From assembly GCA_964473825.1 (NCBI GenBank), contig CAYYQL010000005.1, positions 32,001-96,000 on the forward strand: a stretch of 64,000 nucleotides of DNA, written 5' to 3'. The translations under genes were made by a program, and so were the position numbers. Below are positions 10,701 through 19,309 of this stretch, piece after piece; the stretch's first letter is position 1, and each line of letters opens with the position of its first letter. The stretch is from an uncultured archaeon. GTDB lineage: Archaea > Asgardarchaeota > Thorarchaeia > Thorarchaeales > Thorarchaeaceae. The notes below the pieces were generated by a model. That model was given only the letters and a program-made list of their open reading frames with translations, had not been told where the DNA came from and made no database searches.

Positions 10701-13700
10701 ATGTCGAAGACCTGCAGGGTGTAGTTGTAGTAGCCCTTAGCCAGAGTGTCTAGAGAAAAGGTCAGTGATGAGCCATTCCAAGAAGCCCACTCTATCAGGA
10801 TGGAATCACGATACAGGGAGTAGTTCAGGGGGTGTTGGTCAGTGGGATTCCATGTCAGCGTATTCCCTGTACTCCCCTCGTCCATCGTGATATCTGCCGG
10901 TGAGTCTAGGAAGGGTGCATCATCCTCCATGACGACAAATACGAAGACACTGTCAGAGGCTGAGTTACCGTATACATCAAACACTGTCAGAGTATAGACG
11001 TAGGTTCCAATAGCCAGCCCATCAACATTCTGAGAAATAGAACCGCCAGTCCATTCGGCCGACGCAATAAGTGTCCCATTTCTCGTGACCTTATAGCTAT
11101 CAGGATGAAGGTCAGAGGGGGACCAGTGAATCTGATGTCCAGTAGTTCCTTCGTCGTAGGTGACGTCGCTCGGACTGTCTATCGTGGGGGCAACCGTATC
11201 GTAGACTCTGGGAAACGGGTCTGATGCGGACGCAGGGCCATCAATTGAGTATGCTCCGCTCCCTGAATAGTCATGCCAGTAGTTTCCGAGGGATGAACTG
11301 TCGTACCATACACTTGTAGTTGAGTCATCATAGGCATTTGCCAATGAGTTATAGCCAATCCGGTTGTAGTAGAAATGGCATGATACACCGGATTCGACAT
11401 ATAGGCCGTACTCGTCATTGTAGGTGAGGGTGTTGTTGTAGAATAGGCTCAAATCTGTACCACTCACAAAGATACCATATCGTGTGTTGTTGTGGCTATG
11501 AGAATACCGAATGATGCCATATTCGCAGCCCACCATCCGGATCCCGTTGACTGTGTGATAGACCTCAACGCCGTGAAGAGTAACGTTCAATGAATATGCG
11601 AGGAGTATCTCAGGTATCTCGGAAAAGGTCCCGTTCTCTAGACGAACGTACGAGCAGTTCACTGCAATGACCTGTGAGTAGGAGCTGATATCTAGAAATG
11701 CACCAGAGAGGTTTGCGAAGTAGGCGATTGGTACACCGTCAATCGTGTTGTTGTCAAAGTAATGGTGGAGATGACTCGCGTTTCCATCGAAGAAGACACC
11801 GCATCCATGCAGGATGTTGTCTGCAATACGGCATTGTGAAGAGGATGTGATATTCAGTCCTATGACCGTAGAATTCAAGGTGTTGAAGAAGAGGCCGGTG
11901 TTTGGGGAATCCTGAAGATGAAGGGAAATTTCCGAAGATGTAATATCGACAAAATGAATCATGCAACTGTTACAGTGATCCATGAAGATGCCAGAGACTG
12001 CATTCTGAATTGTCAACGACTCCAGAAATGACTCAGATGTGTTCACGAACCATATAGCTCTGTCACCACCGTCCACAATGCTTTCTGAAAGGGTGATGTT
12101 CAGAGAGTTCTCAACGTAAATCCCGGCCTCAGGAGCATGATTGTACGTGTTGCCTTTGATGATAGTGTGATTTGTGTGTGTGACATATAGCGAGCTCTCA
12201 AGTGAACCCTGGTACCCAACTGTACAGTTGATGGTGTTTCCCGTGATTGTGCTGCTCTCAATGTGCCAAAGTACGATACCTTCACTATTTTGATAGGCGA
12301 TGTTGTCCAGAATCTTGATGCCAGAGAGATACTCAACGAAGATACCATTCCAACAATGATGCACGGTGTTGTTTGACAGTGTAATCTCATCGCAGTATTG
12401 CACGAAAATTCCACCCCAGCCCTCGTAGAATGTGTTATCGTGAACGCTCAAATTGACACACCCGTAGACATGGAGTGTCCCGTACGATCCTCCAAGGCCA
12501 CCACCGAGGTTATGTCCCATCTCGTTCATGCTGATCCATACATCTTGACAGTTAGCAATATACGCTTGTTCGCCGTTGTAGAGCAAGGTATTCTGAACTA
12601 TGGTGATGTTTTGGCAGTTGCGAAGATAGACGCCGTCAACACAATAGGAGCTTGCTGAGTCAAGAATGTCAGAGTGGTTGGACCGTATCATGAAGATGCC
12701 CCATTCGCAATAGTCAGCTTGGACAGATGAAACTCGAACATCCGTTGAGTATGACACTCCCACTCCGATAGTCGAGTTGGGTACGCTGAGGGCTTCGACT
12801 GAAACATTCTGAGAATTGACAACCCAGACCTGCCCAGCAGGCTCAGTGATCACCATTCCGGAAACCCCATCAAGGTAAACAAGTGGCTCGCCATTCACCC
12901 AGTTTCCACTCACCTGATGCTGCCAGTTTTGCAAAAGAAGACCGCCAATCAGCCACGATTCCTTCAGATAGTTGATTCCAAGGCCTCCATCAGTGAACTG
13001 GTTGTTTTCCACGATAACTGCAGTCGAGTCGAGCAGCTCGACTCCCGCTGTCGAACTGTGAGAGATTGTGTTGTTACGGATAAGAGGTGAATCAGCACAC
13101 TCCTGAACCAGCACTCCGATGTCGTTATAGCTCATGGTGTTATACTCGATGACAGTGCCTGGTGAAGACAGCCAAAGCGTCTGCAGGCCGTACTCGGTAT
13201 TTTGCTCGATGGTGTTGTCGGTAACAACCACCGCAGAGTCGTTCCGAACAAGACCGCCAATCCGATTATTGAATATCAGGTTGTCGCGGACTATCGCGTC
13301 CTGGGTCACGGCAAACATGAATCCGTGACCGTTGTCGTGTAGAATATTGTCATGAACGCGGATGCCACTGCTGTACCATGTATTCACGCCATGATATCCA
13401 CAGCCGGCAAGATCACAATTGTATATAGTCATGTTTCTCACATTGTTCCCCCCGACGCCATAGACCCCATAGGTTGAGGCCTCCGTGGTAACATTAGCTG
13501 CAACTGAGTTGTTGGAGTATGAGAAGGCTACAGCATTCCAGCACTCCAAAGCATAGACATCCTTTGTCGTGCAGTTGTCACTGTCAGACCATAATACGGC
13601 CCTTTTGATTCTGTAGAAATCGCCTCCAGTGGTTGTGACATTCTTACACCAGAGAAGATTCGCCTGCCCATACATGTCGAGATTGATCGTTGTATTCGCA

Positions 13701-14371
13701 AGACCCTCGAAGTAGCCAATCGGTTTGCCCCCCACAGTGTTGTTGCTGAAGAAAGTGTTGTTCAGACCGCGGTTGATGTCCATACCTCCATAGGTGTTTG
13801 TGTTGTTTGCAAACAAGCCATGCTGGGGATTGTTGAAATAATGCCCATTCTGCGCAGTATTGTCCACGAATTCAAGATAGTGAGAGTGGTAAATGGCGCA
13901 GCCACTGACGAAGGTGTTGTTGACCACCGAAAGATAGTCGCAGGTCGTGGAATACATTGAACGCCAACCGTTCTCGAACTTATTATTTAGGATACGAACA
14001 TTGTCTGCCGAAATTAGTGATATGGCCACTTTCCCTTCACCGCCGAAGTAGCAGCCACGAATGTCGAGGTGCAGGGTTGTGTCAGAGATACTGATAGCGC
14101 TCTCTTCTGGGTAATCAGTGAAGTTGTATCCCTCGATGAGATAGGGCCATGATGCCGAGCCGTTTCCCGGTAGACCCAAAGCCGCCAGTTCTGCATCTCC
14201 AGTAGCAGATATCGCAGCATGAGGTGTATAGTCCGCAACCAAAGAAGATCCTAGGATTTTAGGAGCGCCAGACCAATCCGGGCCGTTGACTGGAGTAGCC
14301 AACATAATCACCAAAATAAAGAAACCTACGAAGAATACGACGTCTAAAGTCTGACCACTGCTTCTCATCAC
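7787..14371 (-). CDS. Giant cell-surface protein: signal peptide, NosD/right-handed beta-helix region (~1050 aa), 12 Ig-like repeats, C-terminal TM
   Basis: Hydrophobic N-terminus; YTPHAAI...GNGSASWPYLIEG cap; many PbH1-like N-x-I repeats ending in GNYWHDY; 12 ~90-aa repeats; TM plus basic tail; many N-x-S/T sequons. Confidence 0.9.
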   Translation of the reverse strand: MMRSSGQTLDVVFFVGFFILVIMLATPVNGPDWSGAPKILGSSLVADYTPHAAISATGDAELAALGLPGNGSASWPYLIEGYNFTDYPEESAISISDTTLHLDIRGCYFGGEGKVAISLISADNVRILNNKFENGWRSMYSTTCDYLSVVNNTFVSGCAIYHSHYLEFVDNTAQNGHYFNNPQHGLFANNTNTYGGMDINRGLNNTFFSNNTVGGKPIGYFEGLANTTINLDMYGQANLLWCKNVTTTGGDFYRIKRAVLWSDSDNCTTKDVYALECWNAVAFSYSNNSVAANVTTEASTYGVYGVGGNNVRNMTIYNCDLAGCGYHGVNTWYSSGIRVHDNILHDNGHGFMFAVTQDAIVRDNLIFNNRIGGLVRNDSAVVVTDNTIEQNTEYGLQTLWLSSPGTVIEYNTMSYNDIGVLVQECADSPLIRNNTISHSSTAGVELLDSTAVIVENNQFTDGGLGINYLKESWLIGGLLLQNWQHQVSGNWVNGEPLVYLDGVSGMVITEPAGQVWVVNSQNVSVEALSVPNSTIGVGVSYSTDVRVSSVQADYCEWGIFMIRSNHSDILDSASSYCVDGVYLRNCQNITIVQNTLLYNGEQAYIANCQDVWISMNEMGHNLGGGLGGSYGTLHVYGCVNLSVHDNTFYEGWGGIFVQYCDEITLSNNTVHHCWNGIFVEYLSGIKILDNIAYQNSEGIVLWHIESSTITGNTINCTVGYQGSLESSLYVTHTNHTIIKGNTYNHAPEAGIYVENSLNITLSESIVDGGDRAIWFVNTSESFLESLTIQNAVSGIFMDHCNSCMIHFVDITSSEISLHLQDSPNTGLFFNTLNSTVIGLNITSSSQCRIADNILHGCGVFFDGNASHLHHYFDNNTIDGVPIAYFANLSGAFLDISSYSQVIAVNCSYVRLENGTFSEIPEILLAYSLNVTLHGVEVYHTVNGIRMVGCEYGIIRYSHSHNNTRYGIFVSGTDLSLFYNNTLTYNDEYGLYVESGVSCHFYYNRIGYNSLANAYDDSTTSVWYDSSSLGNYWHDYSGSGAYSIDGPASASDPFPRVYDTVAPTIDSPSDVTYDEGTTGHQIHWSPSDLHPDSYKVTRNGTLIASAEWTGGSISQNVDGLAIGTYVYTLTVFDVYGNSASDSVFVFVVMEDDAPFLDSPADITMDEGSTGNTLTWNPTDQHPLNYSLYRDSILIEWASWNGSSLTFSLDTLAKGYYNYTLQVFDINGLWASDTVFVTVNDVTPPVIESPGDQFIFTGTTGNVLRWNVSDLYIASAVVYRDGVQQTGAGFYGTFVNISIDGLMVGDYNYTVLVWDTSSNEATDTVIVTVWDPDVPIIDSPPDVDMLEGTTGESITWNPETAHPSSYEVRRNGSVIESGSWDNSSITVSLDGLARGVYNYTLTVWDMSGNSNSDTVMVEVIETDPPVVDSPSDIQINEGQTGVNITWSVSDEHPGTYEVFRNGTIVDQGTWAEPSIVFDLSGIALGAYNFTLKVADTHGFWSSDSVIVEVFDMTPPSTGNPDNITYTEGSTGNWLVWPARDNHPHSHRIWRNGTLVAEGAWAGSDISIQIDGLSIASYNYTIQLWDTSDNSAIDTVYVFVVMETDPPVLDHPADVTRGEWDYGYSILWQCSDEHPHYYWVYVDSVIVDMGSWNGSDIDFEIDYLTLGTYNVTLVVADESDIRSQDSVWVYVIDNRAPILGSPDDIYYVVDESGNSIEWTLQEEYLDSYLIFRNGSQTTGGVFNGTVVIISVDGLSVGTWNLTILATDTSGNAATDLVWVFVMESGVPIVDSPADLEYLEGTTGHSVTWSPLTENPDFYEVLVNGTMYESGTWDNNPITVSVDGLVVGVHNVTLVVFDVSSSSTWDTVWVTVTYNPPPVLDSPPDISYSEELPLGSITWSAADDTPRNYTVYINASVFESALWTQSSIEVNVSGMSRAYYNVTLVVQDTGGMTAADTVWLRVVYEFNPPQVSHPEDIDYTFGDTGTQITWSTYDQHPARFAVYLNGSLRNSGSWSSNVISENVDGLIPGTHNVTLVLYDVDDNSAFDTVLVQVASIPPPTVTDQSDMEVDAGTTGNTITWNPSSDAPSHYEIYVNGTLVANNTWDGGAIEFNVDSLGEGYHEVNMTAYDELGSSVSDVVGVTVRPAQGMQLGGTDIVTLVSLGVVVVFGVLLVKAWRGRGKTKKEEDWSDMMEDFRKA
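7954..11200 (-). repeat. 12 tandem ~270-nt Ig-like domain repeats
   Basis: Consensus PPxxDSPxDxxYxEGxTGxxIxW...YxxxxNGT...W....I....DGLxxGxYNxTLxVxDxxGNxxxDTVxVxV counted 12 times in the translation. Confidence 0.9.
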
Positions 14372-14848
14372 ACAAACTCCTCAGTAACGGCAATCTATCA
14401 ATGAAATCGACATCAGATGATTGTTCAATGGGTCTTCTTGCCGTTGTCGAGAAACAAGATACTGGTATTATCCAATATATTTTTCCCGTTTCAATTACTT
14501 TGGTTCCAAAGGGATATAGAGAATTCGGGTCTTGTTCAAAAAATCAATAAGACAACGCTCCCGAATCCAGCAAGTGGAGGATACAAGACCTTGCGATTAC
14601 AACTAGGCTGATGCACGTCACTAGGCGGTCATTAGCTGGTTCATTCCGTTAGTAATACGTGTCACGGCATAGTGCAGACGAAATTGTGCACTAACGTTCA
14701 AGACAATGAAATGATCTGTTGTGCTCCCCCGGTATGTGAAATTTTTCGACCAATCAACACTCACGCAGAGCTTTGACTTAGAACACGTGTTCTAAATTAT
14801 CATCCAGTTGTCTTAAGAAGGAGTGAGAAGGACACTAATCAGAGGTAG

Positions 14849-15802
14849 TTGATGTTGAACAAGAGATCGGATGCATCAGCCTACGGCGGCAAGAGCTGGT
14901 CGCCAAGAACACAATCGTTCAGGCAAGAGATAGGCACTGTATGGAGACCGTGCGGCATTGACTCAGAATGGAATGATCTCAAGACCGTTCTCCTTCATCG
15001 GCCTGGGAGAGAGCTGGAAGATATTGTGGATGCTGATTCCGTTCAGATGATTGAGATACCCGATGGAGCCACCCTTGAGGAACAGCACGACAATATGGCA
15101 CAGGTGTATCGAGACGCAGGTGTGGATGTCCTGTATGTCGAACCCTCGGAAGTACCCCCACCCAACCTGATGTTTGTAGCCGACCTCATGTTCATGACAC
15201 CAGAAGGGGCTGTTCTGGGGCGCCCGGCCTCCACGGTCCGTGCAGGAGAGGAGAGATATGTGGCGGCCCGACTTGCTGCGCTGGGCATACCTATCATCAG
15301 AAGCGTGTCGGGGAACGGGACATTCGAGGGAGCCGATGCTCTGTGGCTTGACCCCGAGACCGTTCTGATAGGCCTTGGCCTCCGAACAAATGCTGAGGGG
15401 GCATTTCAGGTGGCCACTGTTCTCGACCAGATGGAAATTGATGCCATCCCCGTTGACCTTCCCCACGGTTCGATGCATCTGATGGGGGACTTGAGGTTCG
15501 TTGACGAGGATGTGGCCGTCTGCAGGGAGAAACGGATCTCGTATGGTGCCCTCAATGAACTGCACGAGCGCGGGTTTTCGGTCATTTTCGTGCCCGATGA
15601 TACGGAGGTCTCAAAAAAGATGGCCATGAACTTCGTCACACTCGGCCCTAGCAAGATTTTGATGCCTGAGAAAGCGCCAGAAACTCGCAAGCTCCTCGAA
15701 GACCACAGTATCGAGTGCTGCACCACCGATATAGAGGAAATCGCAAAGGCGGCGGGCGGAATCGGCTGCATGACCGGAGTGCTTGAGCGCACGCTGGTCT
15801 AG
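14849..15802 (+). CDS. Amidinotransferase / dimethylarginine dimethylaminohydrolase-family protein
   Basis: SEWNDLKTVLLHRPG, FEGAD, MHL, and C-terminal GGIGCMT carrying the catalytic Cys of the pentein superfamily. Confidence 0.88.
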   Translation: MMLNKRSDASAYGGKSWSPRTQSFRQEIGTVWRPCGIDSEWNDLKTVLLHRPGRELEDIVDADSVQMIEIPDGATLEEQHDNMAQVYRDAGVDVLYVEPSEVPPPNLMFVADLMFMTPEGAVLGRPASTVRAGEERYVAARLAALGIPIIRSVSGNGTFEGADALWLDPETVLIGLGLRTNAEGAFQVATVLDQMEIDAIPVDLPHGSMHLMGDLRFVDEDVAVCREKRISYGALNELHERGFSVIFVPDDTEVSKKMAMNFVTLGPSKILMPEKAPETRKLLEDHSIECCTTDIEEIAKAAGGIGCMTGVLERTLV

Positions 15803-16079
15803 ATTGAATGTGACCATTGATGGCCCCTGCAGGGATAGTCCGCATCTGTTGTGCTCCAGCCGTTCAATCGGCGAGGCAAATGGAAGAGAACTGTTCTTTG
15901 TAAGTTGGACGATCTTGGACCCAGAAGGTCGTCATCCGAGGTAACGTTACGGAGCGGCCTCTGTCGCAATCAGCGATGGTGTGTAAGTGACCACGACGAA
16001 GACCACCCAGGGAAACTTGGGCAGAGTAGTCACATAGTTTATATTATTCTGGACGAAGAAGGAATAAGGGAGGAAAATC

Positions 16080-16295
16080 ATGTCATCTGAGTCGAACGGT
16101 GCAATTAAACTAACGCCAATGCAGTTAGCTTTCCTGATGATAGGATGGGTCTTGTTCATCATCGGTTGGATCATCCCAGACTTTCCAAGGATACTCCTTC
16201 AACTCTCTGTCATACTCACTGCTACAATATTGCTCATTATAGGAGTGATTCTTGGATTGGGATGGTTATTCAAGAGAATGAGCCATGAAGAATGA
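16080..16295 (+). CDS. Small 2-TM membrane protein
   Basis: GGAGG RBS upstream; two hydrophobic helices; basic tail. Confidence 0.6.
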   Translation: MSSESNGAIKLTPMQLAFLMIGWVLFIIGWIIPDFPRILLQLSVILTATILLIIGVILGLGWLFKRMSHEE

Positions 16296-16643
16296 TGTGA
16301 TCGGGAAAGACACTGAAACGGACAATCCTATCCTCGCTCCTGTTTGGTTATCGTCCCATCTCATATGACAGAAGTCAAAATAGAAACGTACATCTCTAGC
16401 ATGTGGTGCGATGACTGGGGCATCATATACAGTGCCGGCGTTCCTCTCGCCGATGATACTGCCCGGCATCGGAAGTGCATCGTGATGAGCCGCATATCAT
16501 GTATCGTATACCAGCTGACCCCCATCATCGGCAAATCGCTTCTATCCTGTCAGAAGAAGAATGATGAATCACCGCTTGTCCTCCCGATTGGATCGCTGTC
16601 TGAATTTCAATCTGGTTCAACAGCACAATGGGTGATGCCAAAT

Positions 16644-17021
16644 CTACCCGATTTCAAGTATGTCTTTCAGGACAAGGCGTATCTTTGTCAGCAGTCGCGA
16701 ATTGATTCTTCCAGTTACGGACTCGATTCTGTCAGTGGACACTGCACGAATATTGTGACACAGTGCATATGAGTCGCTTCTCAGTCCGCCGTGCCTGTTC
16801 AGGGGTACTACCGTCCAATAGTTTCTTGGAGTAGTGGTTAGTGGTACTGTTATGGCGATGGCGAGGCTGGAACTCCCTCCCCTGTGTTTGGTGGGCACTG
16901 AGACCACCACGTTCGGCCTCCTTCCACCTTGTTCATGTCCCACCGTAGGCTCTAAGTCCATGACGGCGATATCTCCGGGACTGACCGACTGCACTAGAAC
17001 CTCACTCCAGACCATCGTCAT
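16644..17021 (-). CDS. mazF: PemK/MazF-family endoribonuclease toxin
   Basis: GDIAVMDLEPTVGHEQGGRRPNVVVS, ITVPLTT, SYALCHNIRAVSTDRI. Confidence 0.92.
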   Translation of the reverse strand: MTMVWSEVLVQSVSPGDIAVMDLEPTVGHEQGGRRPNVVVSVPTKHRGGSSSLAIAITVPLTTTPRNYWTVVPLNRHGGLRSDSYALCHNIRAVSTDRIESVTGRINSRLLTKIRLVLKDILEIG

Positions 17022-17811
17022 GAATTCGAATGTTGACTTCTTCGACTATCTCGAAATCTTCAGCGTCGGGTATAATCCCTCGGAGCTTCACTAGGTCTGT
17101 TCCCTGATAGTTCTGTTCAGCTAGGATTGCCAACTGTGTTCTTATTTCCTGAGTCCAGTCTCTGAGAAGCCTCTCAAGAGTCTCGACGATTGGAGCTGTC
17201 AGTCGCTCATTGCGGTTCACGAGTACCCCCACAAACACAACTGCAGTCATGAATAGACTGATGTCAAACAAGAGAAAAGCCAAGCCCGTTTCTTGCCCCA
17301 TTTCCTCTGTAGCTCGGACAGCGTCGGGCATTTCTTCTGCATCCGTCAAATCTAGATGTTCAAAGGCCTTCTTCAGTTCTTGGATGCTATTCTTCTTCAT
17401 GTTGTCGGGTATCTGTGGCCACTGTTTGATTCCAGCAGAAAAGAGACTGAGAAGGATAGCAAGGCTTCGAAGAGCATAGGCCATGTTCGCAGCCAGGACA
17501 GGGCTGTAGAGTCCTTCAGCCGCATCAAGAAAACTCTCTTTTCGGAAATCTTCAATGGATGCTTTCAGTTTCGATAGGGATCTCTCAGCCTGTCTGTGCG
17601 CCTCATCCAGATCAGCCAAGACTATGTCGAATGAATCACGCAGTTCCTTTCGAACTAGCTGCTTGAGTACGTGGCCAATCCGGCCATCTCTCACCTCTTC
17701 AAGCAACTTGCGAAAGTCCTCATTTCCTTCGGGGTAGTCGGTGACGACAATCGGGGGAACAAACATGGGAATTGACACTCTCTTTTCCCTCCGTTCACTA
17801 ATAAGGGACAC
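17002..17811 (-). CDS. Hypothetical all-helical protein overlapping the mazF start (antitoxin position)
   Basis: 269-aa ORF with a 20-nt overlap with mazF; acidic C-terminus; one hydrophobic segment. Confidence 0.7.
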   Translation of the reverse strand: MSLISERREKRVSIPMFVPPIVVTDYPEGNEDFRKLLEEVRDGRIGHVLKQLVRKELRDSFDIVLADLDEAHRQAERSLSKLKASIEDFRKESFLDAAEGLYSPVLAANMAYALRSLAILLSLFSAGIKQWPQIPDNMKKNSIQELKKAFEHLDLTDAEEMPDAVRATEEMGQETGLAFLLFDISLFMTAVVFVGVLVNRNERLTAPIVETLERLLRDWTQEIRTQLAILAEQNYQGTDLVKLRGIIPDAEDFEIVEEVNIRIHDDGLE

Positions 17812-17975
17812 TGGGAACTCACAGCGACACGGAAATGAGCGTTCTCTTTGTATAAAGCGTTATGGTTTGTGTATTAGCTGGCACCCCCAGCGTAGGGATG
17901 ATAAGCCTGCGCTGTGATGCCATTTATTTGTGATAAACACCCTCTGAAATCGCTGGCTTGGAGAACCTGCTTCTG

Positions 17976-18595
17976 TCATGAAGCCAGAATGGGGCTACCC
18001 GCCATGTAATCAGGAATCTCGATCCCCATGTATCTCAGAATTGTCGGACAGATATCCAGTATTCTCTGAGAGGCCTCTTTCGGTGTTGATTGGTCCGGAA
18101 AATGGGCAAGATAGATACCGTCCCAGTCATGAACCGCGTCGTCGGGGCCGATCTCATTCTCATAGTAGTACATCGATTCGTGGCCCATACCGCTCGATGC
18201 CCGCCATGCCAGACTGTCGAAGTATACCATGAGGTCTGGATAGTCACCCTGGCAGTCCTCGTAGATGTCCTCAGGTTTGTCAACCGTCACGTCCCAGTTC
18301 TGACCGTCGGGACCAGGTATGTTCAGAATCTTCTCAGCGAGCTGGTCACGGAAATGCTCATACTCCTCCGGTGGGACTATGCCGTGACGCTCGTATCCCT
18401 CCACATTGATGAAGATGCGGGAGTAGTAACCGCCCCACGCCCAGGCCTTCGTATCCCTCCAGTCGATCTCCAGATCGTCGAACTCGGTGGGACCAGAGGG
18501 GTGCTTCTTGAGGGTGAGAAGGCCCTCTTCTTCGAGCCACTGGTTAACGCAGAACGCGCCCCGTCTCGTCTTTGCACCATGGTTCGGAACCACCC
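17976..18595 (-). pseudogene. 3' half duplicate of the AlkP/nucleotide pyrophosphatase gene
   Basis: HGAK...CVNQWLEEEG...DDAVHDWDGIY matches 24509-25900; 18217-18545 is identical to 24750-25078; the 5' half is absent. Confidence 0.92.
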
Positions 18596-18597
18596 GA

Positions 18598-18963
18598 CAT
18601 GTATGTGGTGCATCGAGAACCTGGTTCCCATAAGAACCATGGAGCCCGATGATTGGGTGTTCATAACCTACATTAACTGGATACTGAGGGCCCGGGTGAA
18701 CTGCACAGGATACTGGCAGAGATGAGAATGGAATAGGAGGGAGAGAGTGTTGACATCGATGACACCGTCGATTCCACAACCAGAGAGGACAGCGCGGTGG
18801 TGACGGGGCGGAATCCCCTCACAGACTGGAAACAACAACTGTCAGAGGAGCAGATTGCACCGGTGATTGAGATTGTTGACGAGTTTGGGCTCTCCAGCCT
18901 GTATGGACGAGAAACCATGCCCCGGATTCAGCACTTTACGCCTACCAGTGAGATACCGTCCTG
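18598..18963 (+). pseudogene. Degenerate 3' duplicate of the sulfotransferase gene
   Basis: CMWCIENLVPIRTMEPDDWVF...TREDSAVVTGRNPLTDWKQQLSEEQI aligns with 32458-32824; contains a frameshift and a stop. Confidence 0.9.
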
Positions 18964-19309
18964 AGTGAAATCGAGGGGAGAGCGCACTATGGATATAGCC
19001 TGGCTTAAGGAGGAAGTGTCAATGACTCGGTATGGAGAGCTCTCGCTTTCTTGGACTGCAAGATCCAATTCATCGGCAATTGTCTAGTCGACAAACTTCA
19101 TCTTAGCAGCAACAAGACGGCCTTGGGAGAGCTCGAGGTCCTTATGGACAGAGGAAGTCCAGAGAAATCTCAATCACCATCTGAGTGGGGGCATGGCGCA
19201 TCGATTACATACACGTCTGTAGGCTCTATGTGCTAATAACCCATAATAGGGAGGCACAAGTATAGACATTATCTCTTTGAGAACATATCCGATAAGTGAG
19301 GGTGAAATA

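Noticed and set aside
7787-14371. NosD call implying nitrous oxide reductase maturation
   Set aside because: Only the generic beta-helix fold is shared; no nos genes are present and the architecture is that of a surface protein.
17976-18779. 267-aa ORF as a novel AlkP protein with a unique N-terminus
   Set aside because: The N-terminal part is the antisense reading of the sulfotransferase remnant; the ORF is a deletion scar.
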